Origin: a virus
Lineage: Duplodnaviria > Caudoviricetes
Length of the DNA: 32,106 nt
Virus record (IMG/VR): IMGVR_UViG_3300046383_000002
Location: 1 to 32,106 of that record
Strand: one strand, 5' to 3'
Below the pieces are notes generated by a model. That model made no database searches and was not told the DNA's origin. It was given only the letters and a program-made list of their open reading frames with translations. Positions 25,533 to 32,106 of this stretch are shown piece after piece (positions within the stretch are counted from its first letter, which is position 1; every line of letters starts with the position of its first letter). Both the position numbers and the translations under genes were made by a program.

Positions 25533-25760
25533 TTAAGCCTGCAGACCGACGACAGTCCAAACCGGGCTCGCCTTGGTACCGGTATTGATGTAAAGCTTCG
25601 CGTTGGTGATGTTGATCAGGAGGGTAGCCGGGCGGGCGTTGTCGGTGTTCGCGTACGTGGTGTTGACGTTGATGGTGCCGCTGAACGTCACGAGCCGGGG
25701 ACCTCCGCGGAATTGAACTCCCACGCACGGCCCCATGATTCCTTTAGTTAGTTCGTTCAC
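25533..25760 (-). CDS. Small virion protein (head fibre/decoration-like)
   Basis: KLYINTGTKASPVWT motif. GGAG SD and a GTGA overlap. Confidence 0.55.
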   Translation of the reverse strand: MNELTKGIMGPCVGVQFRGGPRLVTFSGTINVNTTYANTDNARPATLLINITNAKLYINTGTKASPVWTVVGLQA

Positions 25761-25930
25761 GGTGATTCTCCAGTGTCTTGAGGTGGCAACGCTGGTCTCG
25801 CGGGTCTAAGGACGCGTTGGTCCAGCAGCTGCCCGATCTTTTGGGCTGATAATTTGGTCGTGTCAACGGGATCACCGGGGGAGTACTGCACTCCCCCGAT
25901 GAGCACGCGTTTGTTTGCTTCTACGTCCAC
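25757..25930 (-). CDS. Small hypothetical protein (57 aa, not in the ORF track)
   Basis: MDVEANKRVLIGGVQYSPGDPVD...QLLDQRVL... fills the gap exactly, and its TGA overlaps the next GTG. Confidence 0.65.
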   Translation of the reverse strand: MDVEANKRVLIGGVQYSPGDPVDTTKLSAQKIGQLLDQRVLRPARPALPPQDTGESP

Positions 25931-25933
25931 TGG

Positions 25934-26278
25934 CTAAACTGTGGGCTCGACTTCAGCCGGTGGAGGCTCAACCGGTTCAACCGGGGTCTCAGCTGGAAGC
26001 TGACCAGCCGTCGGAGGTTCACCAGGGCGAGCCGGTCGGCCTGCGTCGGGAAGCGCATTATCGATCTTGGGGCGCTGGTCGCCTGGGGTTCCCAGAACGA
26101 GGTTGCGCGCCAAGGTATGCTTCTCGGCCTGAAGATCGTTGACCAGAGCCTGAACCTGCTCGGGGTTCGTCCCTGCCTCAGCGATCCGGGCGATCAGCGC
26201 GTTGATGAGAAGAAGGGCGTTGGCTTCGCAGTTCAGCCCGTCCTTCAGTTGGGTCTTGAGGGTTTCAAACGACGGCAT
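25934..26278 (-). CDS. Hypothetical protein, helical N-terminus and Pro/Glu-rich tail
   Basis: AGGAG SD, directly downstream of the major capsid gene. Confidence 0.65.
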   Translation of the reverse strand: MPSFETLKTQLKDGLNCEANALLLINALIARIAEAGTNPEQVQALVNDLQAEKHTLARNLVLGTPGDQRPKIDNALPDAGRPARPGEPPTAGQLPAETPVEPVEPPPAEVEPTV

Positions 26279-26314
26279 TGTTGTAACTCCTGTGCTTCTA
26301 GTGTGGTTGGGCGC

Positions 26315-27310
26315 TTACGCCACGCAAGCTGCAAAGAACGCGCCGAGATCCGCGCCGACGACCTTGTCGTCAAACGCGATTTCTCCTTCGATTCGCACCG
26401 TGTCAATGCCGAGCCACGGCATCGGAATGCGGTAGGTCGAGATCGTGGTTCCGAGACCACGGCTGATCCCCTTCCACATGAACACGTACCCTGCGGTCGG
26501 CGTCATGATCCCGGGTGAGGGGGTGACGTAGCAGAGAAGCGCGTTCTTGCCGGCGGTCAAGAGGCCGGTGAAAGTGTTGGAGCCCGGGGTCTTCTGCGCG
26601 GTGTTCTTGACCGACTTGCTGACGAGCACGCGATCGACGTTGAAGATCTTCGCGAGCGCGACCTCGTTGGCGATAGCCGGGTTGCCAGGACCCGCGCCGT
26701 ACTTGATCAGGTCGATGATGTCAGGGTGGCGTACCAGCTTCTGGTACACGCCGAACCCGATCACGAACGTGTTCGGCTCGAAGCCGGTACCCTGGAGAAT
26801 CGCCAGCTGCTGCGTCTGGAGGTCCTCAATCGGGGTCGAGGTCGCGTCATCCCACGTCGGCGCAACAGTGATGTCGGTGCCGGTCGACGAACCGGTCCAG
26901 ATGCCGGTCGTGAAGTAATCCGCAACCCACTGGATTTCCTGCCGAAGCAGGAGCTTGCGGGTCACGAAGATCGTGGCGTCCCGCTCCATGTTGAGCGGCG
27001 GAACGTCGGCGTTCGCGTTCGTCTGCTCTTCCGTGTCCTTGTGGTACGCGAACACGTCGCAGACGTAGCTGGGGGTGTTGTCCAGATCGTACCCGCCGCC
27101 CGCGGACTCCGTTGCCGGAGCGCGAAGCGTGGCATCGTCTCTGAACCAGTCGTCCTTCGTATATACGAAATACCGATCCGATCGTTTGTCGACCGGAACA
27201 ACCGGGAACACCTTCGTGCAAATGAAGGCGTCTTCCGATTGAATGTAGGCAACGCTGATGTTGGTCAGCGGCCTATCAACGTGCACCATCGAAAGAGTCG
27301 GGCTAGGCAT
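26315..27310 (-). CDS. Major capsid protein (HK97 fold, lambda gpE-like)
   Basis: HVDRPLTNISVAY...FPVVPV...PNTFVIG...HPDIID...AGYVFMW. 331 aa, after the cement gene. Confidence 0.9.
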   Translation of the reverse strand: MPSPTLSMVHVDRPLTNISVAYIQSEDAFICTKVFPVVPVDKRSDRYFVYTKDDWFRDDATLRAPATESAGGGYDLDNTPSYVCDVFAYHKDTEEQTNANADVPPLNMERDATIFVTRKLLLRQEIQWVADYFTTGIWTGSSTGTDITVAPTWDDATSTPIEDLQTQQLAILQGTGFEPNTFVIGFGVYQKLVRHPDIIDLIKYGAGPGNPAIANEVALAKIFNVDRVLVSKSVKNTAQKTPGSNTFTGLLTAGKNALLCYVTPSPGIMTPTAGYVFMWKGISRGLGTTISTYRIPMPWLGIDTVRIEGEIAFDDKVVGADLGAFFAACVA

Positions 27311-27340
27311 TTGTGATCTCCATCACCTCTATGAAGTGAA

Positions 27341-27736
27341 TTACGCCTTGATACTGGGTGCGGCGCAATTCACTAGAGCGGTAAGAAGATTTCCCGCTGA
27401 AGTTGCACCAGAGACGTTGGCCACCTGACCAACGGCGATCTGAGTCGCGACGGCAGCCTGAGCCTGCCCGGCGGTGCTCGTGCCGATCACGGCGCCGGCT
27501 GACAGAGACGCACCGGCCTGAAGCAGCGTTTCGCCGATGACGACCACGTCAACGGGGTCGCCGGTAGCTCCGACAGACGCCTGCAGAACGCCGCAAGGGA
27601 TGTCGGTGATGGCGGAGCAAAGAACCACGGTGTTGTCCGCGCTGAACTTCACGAACTTGTACTGGACGGTAGCGCCGGTCAGACCCGCACCGGCTTTCGC
27701 ACCAGTAAGCTTGAGAGGAAACTGTCCTGAAAACAT
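27341..27736 (-). CDS. Capsid cement/decoration protein (DUF2190-like)
   Basis: QYKFVK...PCGVLQ...GDPVDV...G, Ala/Gly rich, located between scaffold and capsid. Confidence 0.75.
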   Translation of the reverse strand: MFSGQFPLKLTGAKAGAGLTGATVQYKFVKFSADNTVVLCSAITDIPCGVLQASVGATGDPVDVVVIGETLLQAGASLSAGAVIGTSTAGQAQAAVATQIAVGQVANVSGATSAGNLLTALVNCAAPSIKA

Positions 27737-27752
27737 GATCTCTCCTTGGTAT

Positions 27753-27786
27753 CATCGGAATTATCAGCTAGCTGATAATTTCGATG
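27753..27786. repeat. 34-bp near-perfect palindrome with a 22-bp perfect core
   Basis: CATCG-g-AATTATCAGCTAGCTGATAATT-t-CGATG in the scaffold/cement intergenic gap. Confidence 0.85.
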
Positions 27787-27790
27787 TTAC

Positions 27791-28663
27791 TTACTGTTGC
27801 TCGGCTCGGTACTCGGCGACGAGCTTCGGGTTCTGCTCCATCACCTTGTTGATCGCCGCTTCACGCGTCATCGGATTCGCGCTCTTCTCGATCAGCGCGT
27901 CAGCCTTCGCCTCGATCTTCGCCCACGCCGACCCGGTTCCATCGCCCTGGCGACCGGAGCCGAACTGGCTGTAGATGGCCGACTGCGCCAGCTGAGCGTC
28001 GGTGGCCTTGAGGATCTCCATGGTGCGGTTGAACGTGTCGGGGTCCGCAATCTGCATCTTGCGGAAGCGGACGACGTCATTGTCCGCCTTCGTCAGGTCA
28101 ATGTTCAGGGGAGTCGCTTTGAACGACTTCAGAACGTCGAGCATGTCGCGGTCAAGCCGCGCGTCCCGCTCCGCCTTCGCCATGGCCGTCGCGTTGTCGA
28201 GCGACTTCTGCAGGTCCGTGTTCCTCTTCTCGAGGTCCTCGAACCGCTTCGCCATCGCGAGGTCAGGGACGGGCATGTTCTTCTTCTTCTCCATGCAATC
28301 CGCGCAATTGCAGTTGGGGTCACTGGGGTCGTGAGCTTTCGCGACTGGAACTTCAGGCTCGTCTTCGACGGCCTTTGTCAGCTCTGCGAGGCCCACCTTC
28401 CGCTTCTCGACGTCCGTTTCACCGAACAATGCAAGAAGCCTCTTGAGTAGGTCTTTTCCCACAGATTTTTCTCCATTCGTAGTAGGTTTCTTCTTTTTTG
28501 GGGAAGCTGGCGGAATTATGGGGGCTTCGACATGAACTGAGGAAAGGGAGGGTGAGTCTTTCGCAACAACGCGCTTTGTCAGCACGATCTCGGCGTGCTG
28601 ATTCGCGCCCCGATCGACAAGATCAACACGATTGATCTTGAGCTTGATCAGCTTACGTGGCAT
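27791..28663 (-). CDS. Capsid scaffolding protein
   Basis: Charged coiled coil with the typical C-terminal EAAINKVMEQNPKLVAEY. GAGG precedes ATG 28663. Confidence 0.75.
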   Translation of the reverse strand: MPRKLIKLKINRVDLVDRGANQHAEIVLTKRVVAKDSPSLSSVHVEAPIIPPASPKKKKPTTNGEKSVGKDLLKRLLALFGETDVEKRKVGLAELTKAVEDEPEVPVAKAHDPSDPNCNCADCMEKKKNMPVPDLAMAKRFEDLEKRNTDLQKSLDNATAMAKAERDARLDRDMLDVLKSFKATPLNIDLTKADNDVVRFRKMQIADPDTFNRTMEILKATDAQLAQSAIYSQFGSGRQGDGTGSAWAKIEAKADALIEKSANPMTREAAINKVMEQNPKLVAEYRAEQQ

Positions 28664-29039
28664 CTTCCGCCTCGGCGCTTCCCTGAATGGAGAACATTGA
28701 GAGCTCCCCACTGACAACACGCTTGTAGACTTCTTTATCGGGGTACTTCACGCCAATCAACCACCCGACGGGAACGACAGCCTCGGAACCAAAGAGCGCC
28801 TTAACAATCTCCGGGGTGGTCACGAGGCTTGCCACAATCGTCCCAACTGACTTTCCCTCATGCATAATCCCCGAAGCACGATGCTCTAGCATGAAGTCAA
28901 CCGCCGCCTTTTCGACCTCTTCAGGTTCAATAATATCTCCCTGGAGGTCGACGAGCGGCTTACCGTCAGCTCCAACGTACTTGCCAGCCCAGCCGTACAC
29001 AACCTGCTGAGCTTCGTCTGACTTAAGGATCTCGGTCAT
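28653..29039 (-). CDS. XkdF-like prohead serine protease
   Basis: QQVVYGWA...DLQGDII...KAAVDFM...GIMH...GWLIGVK...GELSMFSIQG. ATG 29039 lies in an ATGA overlap. Confidence 0.85.
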   Translation of the reverse strand: MTEILKSDEAQQVVYGWAGKYVGADGKPLVDLQGDIIEPEEVEKAAVDFMLEHRASGIMHEGKSVGTIVASLVTTPEIVKALFGSEAVVPVGWLIGVKYPDKEVYKRVVSGELSMFSIQGSAEAEDAT

Positions 29040-29215
29040 GCGGGGGATTCCCACTCGAGGATCACCTGAACCGCCTCGTTGGCGGACGGAACCCAACCGC
29101 CTGAACCCGTCTGGACTAGGGTCGTCTGCACCGCGTCCTCAGGAGCCATGACCTTGCTTTTCGCGATGACCAGAAGGTCCGCCTTGGTCAGCGTGACAGT
29201 CGTTTTGCACTTCAT
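29036..29215 (-). CDS. Small hypothetical protein (59 aa, not in the ORF track)
   Basis: MKCKTTVTLTKADLLVIAKSK...VILEWESPA*. Its stop overlaps the protease ATG. No clear SD. Confidence 0.5.
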   Translation of the reverse strand: MKCKTTVTLTKADLLVIAKSKVMAPEDAVQTTLVQTGSGGWVPSANEAVQVILEWESPA

Positions 29216-29221
29216 GGTGTG

Positions 29222-29265
29222 AAAAAGTTGAGGAACTATCCCATCGCCGGCCTAGTCCCTCAACT
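29222..29265 (-). terminator. Candidate intrinsic terminator/attenuator
   Basis: 13-bp stem AGUUGAGGGACUA / UAGUUCCUCAACU followed by UUUU. Confidence 0.5.
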
Positions 29266-29301
29266 ACAACTAGTTGAGAAACCCCCCAGCTTCCCAGACA
29301 T

Positions 29302-29330
29302 ATTGTAGCCAGATTGTACTACAGCTAGAA
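29302..29330 (-). promoter_or_regulatory. Candidate sigma70-type promoter for the head genes
   Basis: TTCTAG-N17-TACAAT in an AT-rich gap, with a second TACAAT inside the spacer. Confidence 0.4.
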
Positions 29331-29342
29331 AATACCTGTAGA

Positions 29343-29624
29343 CTACGTCACCCGACGTGACCCGAAGAGCTCCGGTGAGTCTCTGAGAATCGACCCGAGC
29401 CGTGTATCTATCTGCCCCGCCATGTCGTTCTCAATCTCGTTGAGCTTCTTCCGCAATCTGCGAACGTCAGACATCCGCACCTTGATAAGCTGTGGGCCAC
29501 AGCGATAGCCAGTGAACCACCCCCAGCGCACCCATCGGCGCATGGTGATGTTCTTGACCCCGAGATATCGAGCGGCGCTTGTTAGTCGGATGAAATCACT
29601 TTTTTCTGGTAGGCTCGTCTGCAT
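29343..29624 (-). CDS. Excisionase/MerR-like HTH (HTH_17) protein
   Basis: IRLTSAARYLGVKNITMRRWVRWG...YRCGPQLIKVRMSDV. Confidence 0.8.
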   Translation of the reverse strand: MQTSLPEKSDFIRLTSAARYLGVKNITMRRWVRWGWFTGYRCGPQLIKVRMSDVRRLRKKLNEIENDMAGQIDTRLGSILRDSPELFGSRRVT

Positions 29625-29793
29625 CTGTTATAACGATGGAGTTTCGCAGATGCCGTGGAACATCCAGCGGAGCTCCAACTCCCCCTCTTGATTTTCTGGA
29701 CCTCCGAAGTGCTTCTAGAACTCTGTTATTGTCGTCGAACTCTTTCTTCTTCTCCTCGACAAGAAACTTCCCCAGATCCTCATTATTTGCCAT
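29596..29793 (-). CDS. Small hypothetical protein
   Basis: 65 aa, overlaps both neighbours, GGGGAG SD. Confidence 0.55.
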   Translation of the reverse strand: MANNEDLGKFLVEEKKKEFDDNNRVLEALRRSRKSRGGVGAPLDVPRHLRNSIVITDADEPTRKK

Positions 29794-30022
29794 TGTTGCT
29801 CCCCTTCATGACTACTGGCTCGTCTTCCTGCTCAAGCGTTTCCCCGGTGTACGCGTTCTTCACGACGTCCCCTCGACGGATTCGCTTGATCTTGAACGGC
29901 CCGACCGGGATGAATGGTATGTGCCCACCCTTCATCCACCGGCGAACCGTTTCCTCGCTGATCTTGTATTCTGCGGCCACCTGCGAGACCGTCAGAAGCT
30001 CGTCCCAGTTACGACTCGCCAC
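29783..30022 (-). CDS. Excisionase/MerR-like HTH (HTH_17) protein
   Basis: LLTVSQVAAEYKISEETVRRWMKGGHIP...KRIRRGDV. Confidence 0.85.
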   Translation of the reverse strand: MASRNWDELLTVSQVAAEYKISEETVRRWMKGGHIPFIPVGPFKIKRIRRGDVVKNAYTGETLEQEDEPVVMKGSNNGK

Positions 30023-30311
30023 CCTGCTCTCCCCTCTCCAAGCCAGCGATGTGGTCCGTAAGCTGCTTCAGCGCGAACGCACAGTTCCAAATGAGGTGCC
30101 GGTACTTGTTCGACTCATCTCGAACCGCGGTATTACACTGCGCGATCAGGGAGGCAACGGAGATTTGCTCAAACACTGGTTGTCCTGACGCTACCGGTGC
30201 CTCCACCGGTTGCGTACGTTCTACGTCTACGTTAACCTCCGGGTCATCAGGGTCGTAGAACTCCACGCCCAACTGCTTCTCTAGCGCTTTCCTGACCTCA
30301 TCTTCAGACAT
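30009..30311 (-). CDS. Hypothetical protein
   Basis: MSEDEVRKALE... with GGAGG SD before ATG 30311, just after the portal stop. Confidence 0.6.
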   Translation of the reverse strand: MSEDEVRKALEKQLGVEFYDPDDPEVNVDVERTQPVEAPVASGQPVFEQISVASLIAQCNTAVRDESNKYRHLIWNCAFALKQLTDHIAGLERGEQGGES

Positions 30312-30327
30312 GTGCCCTCCCATGTAC

Positions 30328-31914
30328 CTACGTCGTGCGAATCGTATCGAACGTCCCACTTTCCATCTGGGGACCCGTTACCGGGGTCCGACCGCCCGAC
30401 ACCGTCCTCGACGGGGGCTCCTCGACCGACCCCTTATCACCGGTCTCCTTACCCTTCCCCTCCGGATCCTTGCCGCCCTTCCCCTCAGGATCTTTCGTGG
30501 GGTCAATTTCCAGGGGTCCGACGCCGGTAGTCGGGAGACGTGCCAGCTCCATGACAACCCGCTGCGTGTTCGGATCCGCGAGGGGGTTGAAGCCCGTGCC
30601 AGCAATCTTCGCGATGAAGTTGCCCAGCTCCTCGAGGTTCACGCTCTCCACGTCGCCATGCTCCATAATCGGCGCAAGCTCCTGCGGCATGCCGTTGAAC
30701 CTCATCAGTATCGGGACCGCACGTCTCGTGATGATCGCGCACACGTTGTCGAGAAACGCTGACAGCCCGCTAGTGAACAAGCTGATCTTTGTGGCGGCCA
30801 GCGCCTTGCTACCTACCGCCTCATGGCCCAGCATGATGAAGTCCGCCATCACGCTCATCGAGATCCGCTGATCATATCTGCTGATGATCGCGTTCGTGTC
30901 GAACGACCGCTTCGACCCCGTGCTCATCAGTTTGAACTCCGCCCACCACGGCAGCACGAGCCCTTCCTGCTCATCCCGCCGAACAGAGCGAACGATCTTC
31001 TGCAGTGTAGCCAGGAGCTGCACCGACTTCTGGTCTTTCTCGTTCCAGACGTCCGGCGGCATCATCCCTTTCTGCATGTCCGGGGGCAGCGTTTGAATCA
31101 CGGGGTAACCTGCGAGGTCCCGCTCAATGCCGATCCCCTCGAAGACCTGCAAGTTCTTCTTGAAGTAGTACGACGTCCACGCATTCCGGAGAATGCTTCG
31201 ACCTTCGGGGTTGTTCTTGGAGACCGTCGTTCTGAAGAGGAACGCCTTCGTGAGAGGGATTCGACGCAGCCTGTAATCTGGCGGGGCGATCTGCTCCATG
31301 ACAATCGCGTTGCTGCGATCGTCAAACTCCCACATGTGGAGAGTCTCCTGAGCCCGCAACGACCACGACCTAAACCCGATCATCCCGTCATTAAACTTCG
31401 ACGGCACGAACGACTGATTGAGGTTGCCCTGAAGAACTTGCGATACAGGAGGTACCTCAAATGACGTTGACGCGCTTCGTTCTCCTGGCACGATGTTGGG
31501 GTCGCTCTCCGACATCCCGAGGCGGCGCTTCATGTCGAACTCCATGAGCGCCCACCCAAACGGCAGCATCGTCAAGATCTCCGACAGCGTGTCCGGCCAC
31601 GTGCTCTCGAGGTCGTCGAAGATCGCCCCGCCCACGAAATCCGCGATCGCTTGCGCCTCAGCCGACTGCACTGGAGGCCTGAACCTGAACTTCACCTTCC
31701 TACAGAGGTGGTTCGCCGCAAAGAGAATCGCGCCCGAGATGGGGTCGTTGTCCGCCATCTCCCTGAGGGACTTCATCCCCTGAGGACCCTGGAGTTCCCG
31801 CAGGAACTCCTCGTAGACCTTGCTTATGGCACCATAACGCTGGATGCCTGTGATACCCTGCATATTGAATGCGGAAAGATCTGTGATTCCAGGGGTTTCA
31901 TCAACTACAGGCAT
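30328..31914 (-). CDS. Portal protein (DUF935 / Mu gp29-like)
   Basis: REMADND...MLPFGWA..E...NNPEGRSILR..W...GIERDLAGYP...IISRYD...GSKALA. GAGG SD. Confidence 0.9.
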   Translation of the reverse strand: MPVVDETPGITDLSAFNMQGITGIQRYGAISKVYEEFLRELQGPQGMKSLREMADNDPISGAILFAANHLCRKVKFRFRPPVQSAEAQAIADFVGGAIFDDLESTWPDTLSEILTMLPFGWALMEFDMKRRLGMSESDPNIVPGERSASTSFEVPPVSQVLQGNLNQSFVPSKFNDGMIGFRSWSLRAQETLHMWEFDDRSNAIVMEQIAPPDYRLRRIPLTKAFLFRTTVSKNNPEGRSILRNAWTSYYFKKNLQVFEGIGIERDLAGYPVIQTLPPDMQKGMMPPDVWNEKDQKSVQLLATLQKIVRSVRRDEQEGLVLPWWAEFKLMSTGSKRSFDTNAIISRYDQRISMSVMADFIMLGHEAVGSKALAATKISLFTSGLSAFLDNVCAIITRRAVPILMRFNGMPQELAPIMEHGDVESVNLEELGNFIAKIAGTGFNPLADPNTQRVVMELARLPTTGVGPLEIDPTKDPEGKGGKDPEGKGKETGDKGSVEEPPSRTVSGGRTPVTGPQMESGTFDTIRTT

Positions 31915-31943
31915 CGAAGTGACCTCAGTGAATTTTTGACGCT

Positions 31944-31949
31944 ATTATA
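31944..31949 (-). promoter_or_regulatory. Consensus -10 box upstream of the portal gene
   Basis: TATAAT about 30 nt upstream of the ATG. No consensus -35. Confidence 0.45.
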
Positions 31950-31960
31950 TTCGGGCGCGT

Positions 31961-31994
31961 CCCGCGTACGGGAACGCCCGCGTACGCGCGCGTA
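31961..31994. repeat. CCCGCGTACG direct repeat (16-bp period) with overlapping palindromes
   Basis: Copies at 31961-31970 and 31977-31986. Palindromes CGCGTACGCG and TACGCGCGCGTA. Confidence 0.7.
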
Positions 31995-32008
31995 GAGGGA
32001 GTTCAGGA

Positions 32009-32106
32009 TCAGAAAATGAACGCCAACACAACGAATGCGGCCGCCAACCACTCCCAGCGTACCGGTATATCTGACGGGGGCTTCGCAGCAATGAGGAACA
32101 ACACTG
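32009..32106 (-). CDS. 3' end of a small membrane protein (partial)
   Basis: ...VLFLIAAKPPSDIPVRWEWLAAAFVVLAFIF*, with two hydrophobic stretches. Confidence 0.55.
   Translation of the reverse strand, partial: VLFLIAAKPPSDIPVRWEWLAAAFVVLAFIF

Noticed and set aside
26726-31464. Long + strand ORFs (26726-27316, 27797-28450, 30335-30871, 30823-31464)
   Set aside because: Antisense shadows of GC3-rich capsid, scaffold and portal genes.
1-32106. Stop-codon reassignment, tRNA genes, CRISPR array, dZ or 7-deazaguanine pathway
   Set aside because: TAA, TAG and TGA all end well-supported genes at high coding density. No cloverleaf, repeat-spacer pattern, PurZ or Que/Dpd motifs were recognised.

Overview
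A 32 kb slice of a tailed dsDNA phage with siphovirus-like gene order, made of two convergent arms that meet at about 6.1 kb. The + strand arm (1-6128) holds replication and nucleotide genes: a SAM methyltransferase, a dNMP kinase fused to a UDG-like domain, a thymidylate-synthase-fold enzyme with Asp at the dUMP/dCMP specificity position, dCMP deaminase, a family A DNA polymerase, a PD-(D/E)xK nuclease and a MazG-like NTP pyrophosphatase. Together these look like a genome-wide cytosine modification pathway. The - strand arm (6109-32106) is the virion operon: portal, two Xis-like HTH genes, XkdF-like protease, scaffold, cement, major capsid, head-tail joining genes, a fibre plus a CgeB-like glycosyltransferase, tail tube, frameshifted tail chaperone, tape measure, tail tip and fibres, a beta-helix protein, an Ig-like/glycoside hydrolase pair, a Zn-finger/J-domain protein and a holin candidate. 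The main highlights are: (1) the base-modification cluster; (2) a second -1 frameshift signal (C CCU UUC, 6-nt spacer, 13-bp stem) joining an Ig-like ORF to the glycoside hydrolase; (3) a tail protein with five N-half motifs followed by five C-half motifs, suggesting nested domains; (4) a terminator/antiterminator-like switch before the head genes. All product calls come from motif recognition by eye, and no database searches were run. No terminase, integrase, canonical endolysin, tRNA or CRISPR array was seen.
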